DNA from: Macrostomum lignano
Lineage: Eukaryota
Reading direction: 5' to 3'
Assembly (NCBI GenBank): GCA_002269645.1
Contig: NIVC01000615.1
Location: forward strand, 124,001 to 188,000
DNA: 64,000 nucleotides
Shown here piece after piece: positions 10,876-21,719 of the stretch. The notes under the pieces are model-generated. The model ran no database searches. It was not told where the DNA came from and saw only the letters and a program-made list of their open reading frames with translations. The position numbers were made by a program, and so were the translations under genes. The first letter of the stretch is position 1, and the number at the start of each line of letters is the position of its first letter.

Positions 10876-12432
10876 ATGCTGTCAGAAGCGCTGAAAAACT
10901 TTGCCACGGACGCTACGACTCACAGTCTCGCTAGGCTGTCGAGCGACAGACCAGTCTACATCAAAGCCTTCTGGCTGCTTGCGTTCCTGACATTTCTGTG
11001 TCTGTGCTGTACAAGAATCGGCGAGTTTTACCACACTTTTCAACGAGGCGACCTGAAGACTACCATTCGAGCAGATCAAGTCAAGTTTGAATTCCCAGAC
11101 ATTTACATCTGCAATGAAAATCCAATTTCAGGCAGCTATTACGGCATTTTAAGTCCCGAAGACGTTGAGCTAATCTCTAAATACAAGCGTTTGGTCAGCG
11201 ACAGCATGGCTGGAATCGAATTCGGTGATTCGAACTTTGCACATTACACCTATTTTGCCCGTCTGGTCAACACTCTGCCCTATCAGTTTCTGTCTGACAA
11301 ACTGGGACGTCGGGTCAACCAGCTAGCCGTTCAGTTTTTATTCGACGGAGACCCGACGCCTAAATTTCGAATTCAGAGGCACAGCGCTCTTCTTAACTGT
11401 TTCACTCTAAACTTTACGGAGTCGGACTACGAGGTATTGAGCAACCCGGTTTCATACATACAGATGGGCCTATTTCTTGACTTGCTGGAGCCTCCAGTGG
11501 CATTTGACAACTCGGGGATTTCACCGGTGCATTGGAACTTGATGTTCGGGCTAGGATTTTCAATGCCGACTGGGTTCTCAGTTTTAATAACGCCCAGAGG
11601 TCAGCATCCGTCGGCTTCAGACGCCAGACTGCAGATTGGACCGGGGCAGAGCCATCGACTGTCGCTAAAGATGCAAGACACTGTCTACGAAGAAGACCTC
11701 AAAGGAGACAGATGCTTTGGAGATGATAAATCCGAGGAATTGCTCGATCCATACACAATGGGAGTGTACAAGGTTAAATACAGCTTAGACGAATGCGGTT
11801 ACCGTGAAATCGTCCGACAGTCAATGGAGAAGTTCAACTGCGTTCCCTGGCAAATGACTTTGCCTTGGGATCTCAGACGATCGCCCATGTGCTTCAACCT
11901 GACACAGTTTCCTAGAAGCCTAGTCCTGAACAAGACGGTAATGAAGGAGAGGGAGAGAGTTGTTGGATTTGCCACAGCCAAGTGTGCTAAACACGTGCCG
12001 TGCCGCAGACGTTCGTACACTTTCGACTATTCGACGAGTCTCTGGCCGACAGAAAAAGACTGGTCTGGCTTTCTGCGAGAGCACATTGCGACTAACCTGC
12101 TGGATCAGGGCGGCCCAACGCCCGGTCTTCGACAGCTGGTCCACAATGCAACATTTCGTCAGGTCCAAGAGTCGCTTGTCTACCTGGAGATGTTTGCGGA
12201 CAAGTATATGTGCCAGGAGGTTCGCCTGTCGTATGCCTACTCGTTCAACTCGCTGATAGCTGACATTGGCGGCATCCTGGGCCTGTTCTTGGGCATGTCG
12301 CTGCTGTCGCTGCTGGAAGTGCTGGAACTGCTGCACGACTGCGGCCTGATTGCGTGTCGACGGCTGCAGACGAGGACAGCGACAAGGAAGACGGCGGATG
12401 CCAGTTCAACCGATATGGCAGGTTCTAATTGA
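10876..12432 (+). CDS. DEG/ENaC ion channel subunit, paralog 2, intronless, 518 aa
   Basis: KAFWLL TM1, FPDIYICN, TM2 LIADIGGILGLFLGMSLLS; colinear with paralog 1. Confidence 0.93.
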   Translation: MLSEALKNFATDATTHSLARLSSDRPVYIKAFWLLAFLTFLCLCCTRIGEFYHTFQRGDLKTTIRADQVKFEFPDIYICNENPISGSYYGILSPEDVELISKYKRLVSDSMAGIEFGDSNFAHYTYFARLVNTLPYQFLSDKLGRRVNQLAVQFLFDGDPTPKFRIQRHSALLNCFTLNFTESDYEVLSNPVSYIQMGLFLDLLEPPVAFDNSGISPVHWNLMFGLGFSMPTGFSVLITPRGQHPSASDARLQIGPGQSHRLSLKMQDTVYEEDLKGDRCFGDDKSEELLDPYTMGVYKVKYSLDECGYREIVRQSMEKFNCVPWQMTLPWDLRRSPMCFNLTQFPRSLVLNKTVMKERERVVGFATAKCAKHVPCRRRSYTFDYSTSLWPTEKDWSGFLREHIATNLLDQGGPTPGLRQLVHNATFRQVQESLVYLEMFADKYMCQEVRLSYAYSFNSLIADIGGILGLFLGMSLLSLLEVLELLHDCGLIACRRLQTRTATRKTADASSTDMAGSN

Positions 12433-13454
12433 GCTTAGAGAAGCTTCGCAACTTTTACTAACTTTTCTGTTGTTTTAAATTCTTATATCTTTATAAACTG
12501 GTAATCTATTTAGAAAAATTCTTTTCCAGTTATTGTTAATTCCTGTCCTTTTGCTGTAGTTAGGCTCCTATTATGATATTATGATTTCGATGCAGACAGA
12601 CGAATCTTGAAAATTCCTCAATGAACTTTGCTGCTTCAGCCCTCTGTGGCATATCAATACTCGTATGCCTGTGAATATTACCATGCCTATTTGGACCAAA
12701 TGCATACGTGAAGAAATCCAACAATGGCATCGACTACTGGTTTTAAGTTAAAACAAATTTCTACTCCGCTGTAAATAATGATGGGTTTCGACCTTTCGGC
12801 CCCCTTGTGGGGAAGCCTTCGGGCCTCAGGTCTCAGAGATAAATCAATTCGAGTCCTGGCCTGCGATAGTGAGCGTGAGCGTAAACTGCGCTTCATCTAC
12901 CGCAACTGACTCAACATCCTCTTCAAAAATTAGTCAGAAATCTGCTTGTTTGGCACGCACTGTTTGCTAAGAAGAGCAACCATTTCCTGCCACTTTATTT
13001 GACCAGAGAAAATTAACCAGTATATTAGCTAGCTGTCGTGTAAAAATGACTCGCCATAAGAGTCATCCATGAGCAACGTTGCATACATTATTTAATGAAG
13101 ACTTTGCTAGATGGATTCGATCCCGATTAGGATTTTAATCCCAGAAAAAAGCTACTGGCAAAATTGATAGCTAATTTACACAGAGACAACACTTCAGCTT
13201 TCTAAATTGATCTCTGAGCTTAACAGTCATGGATCTTTGACTGTCCAGCTGTCAATCAAGACGTCACGATACGATATGTAGCAAGGCTGTTTACCGATGA
13301 CTGAAGCTTGATCCAGTTAGACAGTTAGAGTTAGTACTTGACAAACATACGGAGTTCGAGTTGGATCCCACAGGGGATAAAACTCTCAAACATGTCCGGT
13401 AACTGCAACACTGCTCTCATTGAGTTTGAAGCGCTCAACTCTCTCAGCTCAGCC

Positions 13455-15026
13455 ATGCTGTCAACCGCCATCGCAAAGTACGCCAAAGAGGCCACGACCC
13501 ACAGTTTGTCCCGTATCGCAGGCGAACGGCCTCTCTATGTCAGAGTCCTCTGGCTGCTCGTCTTCTTGGCCTCCGTCATCCTGTGCGTGGTGCGAATAGT
13601 TGAGACTTACAGCAGCTTTGCCAAAGCCGAGCTCAAAACCACCATTAGAGCCAATGAGCTGGACTTTGTCTTTCCCGAGCTGCACATCTGCAAAGAGAAG
13701 CCCATCTCCGGTAGCTACTCGGTCACGCTCAGCGCTGAAGACAATGCGTTGCTAAGCCGGTATCGAGCTCTGGTCAACCGCAGCCTCGCTGGAGTCTACA
13801 AGGAGCTCGTAGCTGACGACTTTCTGCCTGAGAACTACGCAATCCGGCTGATTAACACCCTGCCATTCCAGTTCCTCTTCGACAAGATGGCGCTCAGGGC
13901 CAGCCAACTGGTCTTCATGTACTATTTTGAAGGAAAATCGACTCCGAAAATTAGCACCTTCAGACACCCGTTGTACCTCAACTGCTTCACAATCGATTTC
14001 ACCGACAAGGAAATCCGATCCCTGCAAAATCCATCGAATTACTTTCAGATTGGCCTGTTCCTGGACCCTCCGCTGCCTCATTCATTCGACAACTCCACTG
14101 AGCAGGACGTTCTACCTCTATTCGGATCGTTCATCAACCCGAAGCCCTCGGACTGGACCTTCAGGCACGGCTTGGACTATTCTGTGGCTCGCGGATTCGA
14201 AATATTCATCACGCCTCGAGGCCAGCACCCCAGCTTCATGGACGCCACTCTGAACGTCGGGCCCGGCCAGAACCACCGCTTGAAAATCAAAATGAAGGAC
14301 ACCATCTTTGATGCCGACGTGAGCTCGAGATGTCTTGCGGCTGACAGCAGCAGCAAAAGTGTCAATATTTTCGATCCGTACACACAGGGCAAGCGAACCT
14401 TCAACTACAGCCACGTGGACTGCTGGTACAGAGAGATCGCACGGATGTCCTTGGAGCTGTTTAACTGCACTCCCTGGGGTTACCCGCTTCCTTGGGAGTA
14501 CAGATCTCTGCCTTCGTGCTTCAACCTGACGCAGTTCCCAAGCGGCACAATACTAACCAGTCGGTTACTGGAAGACAGGGAGATGATGCTGTACAAAGCA
14601 ACGCTGCACTGCGCTAACAAGGTTCCGTGTCGTCAGAGAACTTACAGCTACGAATATTCGTCGGCTCAGTGGCCTACGGAAAGAGATTGGCAGATGTACT
14701 TCAAGAAGTACATCGCATTGTATAAGGTAGAGAAGAACGGTCTCACGCCAGGCTTCTCTTACCTGGTGCGCAATGCCACAATGGAGCAGGTGCGCCAGTC
14801 ACTACTATTCTTAGAAGTATCTGGCGCACAACTTCACAGCCAGGAGGTGCGGCTGTCTCCGGCGTACAGCTTCAACTCATTGGTGGCGGATGTCGGCGGC
14901 CTGCTGGGCCTGTTCCTTGGCATGTCGCTGCTGTCGGCTCTGGAGCTGCTGGAGCTGCTGCACGACTGCTGCCTGATTGCCTGGGAACGGATTCAACAAC
15001 GATCGAACCGCGGACGAGACTGTTGA
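13455..15026 (+). CDS. DEG/ENaC ion channel subunit, paralog 3, intronless, 523 aa
   Basis: ATG 13455 (MLSTAIAKYA) aligns with the starts of paralogs 1 and 2 (MLSEAL). FPELHICK; TM2 LVADVGGLLGLFLGMSLLS. C-tail shortened by an 8-nt deletion relative to paralog 1. Confidence 0.92.
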   Translation: MLSTAIAKYAKEATTHSLSRIAGERPLYVRVLWLLVFLASVILCVVRIVETYSSFAKAELKTTIRANELDFVFPELHICKEKPISGSYSVTLSAEDNALLSRYRALVNRSLAGVYKELVADDFLPENYAIRLINTLPFQFLFDKMALRASQLVFMYYFEGKSTPKISTFRHPLYLNCFTIDFTDKEIRSLQNPSNYFQIGLFLDPPLPHSFDNSTEQDVLPLFGSFINPKPSDWTFRHGLDYSVARGFEIFITPRGQHPSFMDATLNVGPGQNHRLKIKMKDTIFDADVSSRCLAADSSSKSVNIFDPYTQGKRTFNYSHVDCWYREIARMSLELFNCTPWGYPLPWEYRSLPSCFNLTQFPSGTILTSRLLEDREMMLYKATLHCANKVPCRQRTYSYEYSSAQWPTERDWQMYFKKYIALYKVEKNGLTPGFSYLVRNATMEQVRQSLLFLEVSGAQLHSQEVRLSPAYSFNSLVADVGGLLGLFLGMSLLSALELLELLHDCCLIAWERIQQRSNRGRDC

Positions 15027-15689
15027 CGTGGCTGACTCTACGACTTGCTCCGAGAATTCTGGAGTATGGGCAGCAACAGCAGAATGAAACAACGCTTGCT
15101 TGTAGCTTGTGAATTTTCCTGCTTATGACAGTTGAAGCAATTTCAAGTTGAACCTGACTGACATGATTACAGTTTCTCTTTTACTCGATTAAAACGTTAG
15201 AAGCTTTTTACCTACTGTGATCGGTGTTCACTTCGAAGAGACAATTATTATTATTTTACGTTTTCTAAGGCCCAAAATTTAATCTAAGCTATCAACTTTA
15301 GAGACAGTAAAACAAATAAACAAATATACTTTTCTTGCTATAGTTTAAAAACTGAAAGTAACATTAACTTTCGTTCTGTCGTTCTTGACTTTTGTACAAG
15401 CGTACTCGTATGTCCCAGTCTTCCTACTCGTTAAGTAGACGCGCTCGCTGGCATAAAACTTTATTTGTTTACCAGGATCAGGTTGGGATTCAACAGACTT
15501 CTGTTGATAGTTTTTTTTACATAAGTGTGATTGATTAACAACTAATTGGAGAATCAAAGCTTTCTAACAGGAGTTTTTTCATTTTTGTGGCAAACATTTT
15601 TTACTGTCCATTAGGTTGTGAACTTTGAGATCATTAAAGAAGCTGTTGAGCTAGTGTCAAGCAGAGAGGCGACAATTTGATCACTCGGT

Positions 15690-16477
15690 AGTTTGGCGCT
15701 TACTCAAACCAGTTTGGCGCTTACTCAAACCAGTTTGGCGCTTACTCAAACCAGTTTGGCGCTTACTCAAACCAGTTTGGCGCTAACTCAAACCAGTTTG
15801 GCGCTTACTCAAACCAGTTTGGCGCTTACTCAAACCAGTTTGGCGCCACTGAAACCAGTTTGGCGCCGCTCAAACCAGTTTGGCGCCGCTAAAACCAGTT
15901 TGGCGCCACTGAAACCAGTTTGGCGCCGCTCAAACCAGTTTGGCGCCGCTAAAACCAGTTTGGCGCCACTGAAACCAGTTTGGCGCCACTGAAACCAGTT
16001 TGGCACTACTTAAAGCAGTTTGGCGCCACTCAAACCAGTTTGGCGCCACTCAAACCAGTTTGGCACCACTCAAACCAGTTTGGCGCCATTGAAACCTGTT
16101 TGACACTACTGAAGATAGTTGTGCGCCACTCAAACAAGTTTGGCGCCACTAAAACCAGTTTGGCGCCACTGAAACCAGTTTGGCACTACTTAAAGCAGTT
16201 TGGCGCCACTCAAACCAGTTTGGCGCCACTCAAACCAGTTTGGCACCACTCAAACGAGTTTGGCGCCGTTGAAGCCAGTTTGGCGCCACTCAAACCAGTT
16301 TGGCGCCATTGAAACCAGTTTGGCGCCACTCAAACCAGTTTGGCGCCATTGAAACCTGTTTGACACTACTGAAGATAGTTGTGCGCCACTCAAACAAGTT
16401 TGGCGCCACTAAAACCAGTTTGGCGCCACTGAAACCAGTTTGGCACTACTTAAAGCAGTTTGGCGCCACTCAAACCT
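15690..16477 (+). repeat. 20/21-bp minisatellite (TTTGGCGCCACTCAAACCAG / TTTGGCGCTTACTCAAACCAG)
   Basis: Tandem units visible; 21-bp variants at the left end and 20-bp variants further in. Confidence 0.95.
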
Positions 16478-16994
16478 ATTCGGCTTCACCCAAAAAACTA
16501 TTCATTCATTCTTGATTTTATCGAGTTGACGAGGTACCGAGTTTATTCGAGTTGGTTGCTGTGGTGTCTGACGCTGGGATGATGAGTAAAATGCAATTCA
16601 ATTTTTTTGCCATTTGTCACACGAAAACTTTCTGCATCAGACTATCTGATGTCCGGAAGTGGAGCAGCAAGTGAGTATGAAATGTTGCAGCAGACACAGC
16701 TCCATACGTAATCGTTGGTTCGAAAAAAAAAACGATTTAGGAAATGGCTGCACTGCAGGACTGAATCTATAATGAGGACCATAATTTGTCTACATGGATG
16801 ACCGGCTGGAATATGGTGAATTACATGTGGAAATATCTCATAAACAGCGCTGGCGGCAGTTCTGCCCATTCCCTGACTCCCGAGTACACATACAAGCGCG
16901 CCAAGACTGACTTTCTAATGCATGTACACACCATCAGTGGCCTTGCGGGGTACACACAGCGGGTCAATATAAAAGCTTGAAGATAGAATTCGAG

Positions 16995-17455
16995 GATGGG
17001 ATAGATTGAGGATGGGATAGATTGAGGATGGGATAGATTGAGGATGGGATAGATTGTGGATGTAGATTGAGGATGGGATAGATTGAGGGTGGGATGGATT
17101 GAGGATGGGATAGATTGAGGATGGGATGGTTTCAGGATGGGATAGACTGAGGATGGGATAGATTGTGGATGGGATAGATTGAGGGTGGGATAGATTGAGG
17201 ATGGGATAGACTGTGGATGTAGATTGAGGGTGGGATAGTTTCAGGATGGGATAGATTGAGGATGGGATAGACTGTGGATGTAGATTGAGGGTGGGATAGT
17301 TTCAGGATGGGATAGATTGAGGATGGGATAGTTTCAGGATGGGATAGTTTGAGGATGGGATGGTTTCAGGATGGGATAGATTGAGGATGGGATAGATTGA
17401 GGATGGGATAGATTGAGGATGGGATAGATTGTGGATGGGATAGATTGTGGATGGG
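16995..17455. repeat. 16-bp minisatellite (GATGGGATAGATTGAG)n
   Basis: Direct inspection. Confidence 0.93.
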
Positions 17456-17896
17456 TTAAATGAGTTCCAGGATAAATATAAAAACACAAATTACACTATA
17501 TTTTGGTACCCTGATTCGGCACGCCAGGAAATGTATTGTAGATCGAAGAAAATCGTGGTGAATCACGCTAGGCCATTCGAAACTCCCTAATCTCCTCTCA
17601 AATTGATTCCACTTCAGGGTCAGAGCTAAACAAGGGTGAGGCCATTGCAGATGACAGGAGAGACGGGAGAGGGCCGGGAAAAATGCAAATTGCCACTGTT
17701 GCGTAACAGCTTCGTGAGGGTAAATGCCCGAGAGGCGGGTAGTCGGCGGAGTGGTGAACGCAAATCTGGGTTAGAAATGCTTCATCGATTTTCTTCGAAA
17801 AATGCTTGCAGATATTCTGAACCATTAATACATATCTTACTCTAGAAATAAAGGAGCTCGCAAATCTTTAACATCAGAAAAAAATTCATGACCAAT

Positions 17897-18330
17897 AGCG
17901 CCAAACTGGTTTGAGTGGCGCCAAACTGGTTTCAATGGCGCCAAACTGGTTTCAGTGGCGCCAAACTGGTTTCAGTGGCGCCAAACTGGTTTTAGTGGCG
18001 CCAAACTGGTTTTAGTGGCGCCAAACTGGTTTCTGTGGTGCAAAACTGGTTTGAGCGGCGCCAAACTGGTTTGAGTAAGCGCCAAACTGGTTTGAGTGGC
18101 GCCAAACTGGTTTCTGTGGCGCCAAACTGATTTCAGTGGCGCCAAACTGGTTTGAGTGGCGCCAAACTGATTTCTGTGGCGCCAAACTGGTTTGAGTAAG
18201 CGTCAAACTGTTTTGAGTTAGCGCCATACTGGTTTGAGTGGCGCCAAACTGGTTTCAGTGGCGCCAAACTGGTTTGAGTAAGCGCCAAACTGATTTAAGC
18301 GTCGCCAAACTAGTTTGAGTGGCGCCAAAC
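17897..18330 (-). repeat. Inverted copy of the 15690-16477 minisatellite (GCGCCAAACTGGTTTGAGTG)n
   Basis: Units are the reverse complement of the 15690-16477 units, including the 21-bp GAGTAAGCGCC variant toward the outer end. Confidence 0.93.
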
Positions 18331-18730
18331 TTGCTTCAATGCCAAATTTAAGTTGCCAATTCTAAATTGCGTTGAAGCAGACTTCTTTTGCTTGCCATCT
18401 AAATGCTTTTAGACAAAGACCTCGCTAAAGCTATTGTGCATGGCGAAGCGAAGTCAGGTAGGTAGGAGAATGGGGGGGGCAGAGGATAACAAAAAATGGG
18501 GGTTTCGGGTTCTGACCCCTTCCCCCACTCACTGAGTGAGTCATCGATCCCCCACCCCCAGTGCCCCTGCATTCTGGCTTGCAGAGGACCTCGAGGGAGA
18601 TCAAGGAGACCCTGGGATATACCTGAAATCTGGATTTGGCTGCCAATAAAATAAAATTGAAAATAACTTTTACTATCACAAATACTTGACTCGATGACTG
18701 AATGAGAATCTTTAATTGTATTGTTTCTGT

Positions 18731-19675
18731 CGCCCCTGGTGCTGGCGCCCCTGGTGCTGGCGCCCCTGGTGCTGGCGCCCCTGGTGCTGGCGCCCCTGGT
18801 GCTGGCGCCCCTGGTGCTGGCGCCCCTGGTGCTGGCGCCCCTGGTGCTGGCGCCCCTGGTGCTGGCGCCCCTGGTGCTGGCGCCCCTGGTGCTGGCGCCC
18901 CTGGTGCTGGCGCCCCTGGTGCTGGCGCCCCTGGTGCTGGCGCCCCTGGTGCTGGCGCCCCTGGTGCTGGCGCCCCTGGTGCTGGCGCCCCTGGTGCTGG
19001 CGCCCCTGGTGCTGGCGCCCCTGGTGCTGGCGCCCCTGGTGCTGGCGCCCCTGGTGCTGGCGCCCCTGGTGCTGGCGCCCCTGGTGCTGGCGCCCCTGGT
19101 GCTGGCGCCCCTGGTGCTGGCGCCCCTGGTGCTGGCGCCCCTGGTGCTGGCGCCCCTGGTGCTGGCGCCCCTGGTGCTGGCGCCCCTGGTGCTGGCGCCC
19201 CTGGTGCTGGCGCCCCTGGTGCTGGCGCCCCTGGTGCTGGCGCCCCTGGTGCTGGCGCCCCTGGTGCTGGCGCCCCTGGTGCTGGCGCCCCTGGTGCTGG
19301 CGCCCCTGGTGCTGGCGCCCCTGGTGCTGGCGCCCCTGGTGCTGGCGCCCCTGGTGCTGGCGCCCCTGGTGCTGGCGCCCCTGGTGCTGGCGCCCCTGGT
19401 GCTGGCGCCCCTGGTGCTGGCGCCCCTGGTGCTGGCGCCCCTGGTGCTGGCGCCCCTGGTGCTGGCGCCCCTGGTGCTGGCGCCCCTGGTGCTGGCGCCC
19501 CTGGTGCTGGCGCCCCTGGTGCTGGCGCCCCTGGTGCTGGCGCCCCTGGTGCTGGCGCCCCTGGTGCTGGCGCCCCTGGTGCTGGCGCCCCTGGTGCTGG
19601 CGCCCCTGGTGCTGGCGCCCCTGGTGCTGGCGCCCCTGGTGCTGGCGCCCCTGGTGCTGGCGCCCCTGGTGCTGG
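18731..19675. repeat. Perfect 15-bp tandem repeat CGCCCCTGGTGCTGG x63
   Basis: 945 bp = 63 units, no mismatch seen; stop-free in the frames listed (PGAGA, GAPAP, WCWRP, LVLAP). Confidence 0.98.
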
Positions 19676-20094
19676 ACCCATAGAAGACTCTTTTTTCTAA
19701 GATTCTTGCAAATTACACAGAAAAATCGCCTTTTCGTCTGCTTTCGCGCTCGAGCTCCTAATTTTTGTTGACGATCTCCTTGTTAAGATAAAAAAGAGCT
19801 GAAGGGGGGGGGTAGTGTGTCACGGGCTCCCGCCGGGTCACGGAGGGGTGATTGGGGCAAATGGGTTATGATTCAACCATTGGGCCCACCGACCCCATCG
19901 TGGCTTCTCCAACAACACAAGCCAACCAACCCCTCCAAAGCCAAGCCCTTGCTTCTGAAGCTGCCCCATTCCCCCAGTCAGCCATATTGGAAATATATAA
20001 CGCGAAGAGCTCCCACCTGCACACAAGCTGCAATACGCACGGCTTCTCCTATTAAACAAAATCGAAGTGTTTCAACATCCAGAAAATCTAAAAA

Positions 20095-20487
20095 ATGTCC
20101 GACGAACAAGCAGCCGCCACTGCCGAGACCAAAGAGACGGTGACTACTGAGCAACCGAAAGCAGAAGAGACCGCAGCAGCCGAAGCTCAGGCTCCCTCGA
20201 CATCAGCCGAAGCAACCGAAGACGCCAAGAAGAAGGAGAAAGAAGAGAAAGAGAAGGTCAAGAAAGAAAAAGAGGAGCAAAAGAAACGAGAAGCAGAGGA
20301 GAAGAAGCGCAAAAGAGAAGAGGAGAAAAAAGCCAAAGCGGAGGCCAAAGCCAAGGCCAAAGCTGAAGCTGCGGAGTCTGCAGGCGCTGGAGGCAGTTCA
20401 ACTGCAAGGAAGCCGTGCTGGCTCACTGACAAGACCGACATGGACCTGCTGAACCGGGACAAGAACCAGATTAACTGCCACGTCAAT
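20095..20487 (+). CDS. cav: Caveolin alternative N-terminal exon A (131 aa, Lys/Glu-rich helix plus DLLNRD motif)
   Basis: Ends ...DMDLLNRDKNQINCHVN followed by a GTAAGT donor at 20488; phase 0 matches acceptor 26249. Confidence 0.8.
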
Positions 20488-20984
20488 GTAAGTCCCCTCC
20501 CATAGTATTTTATTAATCAGTCAAGCCAATCTATCCGATACGAATCAGCAGACACAGGTTGACTTTTTCAACATGCCAGTTCTGGCCATTTTTGCCAGTT
20601 CAGACATAATCTAAGCCAAGGGGGCAGCCTGGGTCCAAGTCCAATTGGGGTTTTTAGGCATCTATTCGAGATTAGTCATCACAGCGTCCAAACCAACCAA
20701 ACCAAACTCCCCAAACCAACAGAAACAAACGGCCCCAGCTTTGTGGAGTTTAGGAATTCTTTCGGTCAGATACTTCGTATTTAAACAGCGTTAAGCAAGA
20801 ACCCATTGCTTGTCTTTATATTGTTTGCTGCGCAAAATGCTATGCTTATCTACTGGCTCTCCTACTTGATACAGTAGTATCTCGCGAGTTTTCTGTCCGG
20901 TATAGGCTATTGGGAAAGTAAATTCAAAACAAAAATAGAAAATTTCAAATACTCGTTAGGAAGCAATAAATATGAATGAGAATT

Positions 20985-21330
20985 CTCTCTCCCTGTCTCC
21001 TCTCCATGTCTCCTTCTCTCCCTGTCTGTCTCCCTGCATGTCTCCTCTCCCTGCCTCCCTCTCTCACTCTCCCTCTCTCCCTAGCCCTCTACTCTCTGCC
21101 TCTCTGCCTCTCTGCCTCCGCCTCTCTGTGCAAAAATACTCTCTCCCTCTCTCCCTCTTCCTCTCTCCCTCTCTTACTCTCTCCCTCTCTCCCTCTCTCC
21201 CTCTCTCCCTCTCTTCCCTCTCTCTTTCTCTCTCCCGATCTCTCATGTCTCCCCTCTCTCTTTGTCTCCTCTCCCACTCTCTCCTGTCGCTGTGTCTCCT
21301 GTCTCCCTCTCTTTCTCTCTCCCTTCCTTC
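20985..21330. repeat. CT-rich low-complexity tract in caveolin intron
   Basis: Polypyrimidine CTCT/CTCC runs. Confidence 0.85.
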
Positions 21331-21423
21331 ATAATCACAACTATCGCATCCGCTCCCTCTGTTAGAAAGCTCCCTATCCTGTTCCTTTGCCTTCCCTTAG
21401 TAATAATTTCCTTCTAAAGTAAA

Positions 21424-21505
21424 GGCGCCAAAATAAGTGTCAGCTTAGGCGCCAAAATAAGTGTCAGCTTAGGCGCCAAAATGAGAGTCAGTTAGGGCGC
21501 CAAAA
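21424..21505. repeat. 24-bp tandem repeat GGCGCCAAAATAAGTGTCAGCTTA x~4
   Basis: GGCGCCAAAA at 21424, 21448, 21472, 21496. Confidence 0.9.
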
Positions 21506-21719
21506 TAATCTTTCTACTTCCAGACAGGTTGGTTCCTTGATAACTTGAACTTTACAGTCCTATTAGTATTAATTGGTTTTTGAAGTCGCAGTACGATTTC
21601 ACTAGTGAATTATTATATCTGACTGTGTGTCTCTCTAAATTATTTATGAATATTTTACTTTCAACTCTTTAGATTCTGTTTTTGCTTTCATAATTTCTGT
21701 TCATGCATACCAATATCTT

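Noticed and set aside
13338-13454. 39-codon N-terminal extension of ENaC paralog 3 in the ORF track
   Set aside because: Starts at TTG; paralogs 1 and 2 begin at the position equivalent to ATG 13455.
16478-17896. Possible transposase or exon fragments in the spacer between the inverted arrays
   Set aside because: Only short frames (<100 aa) with no recognisable catalytic motif.
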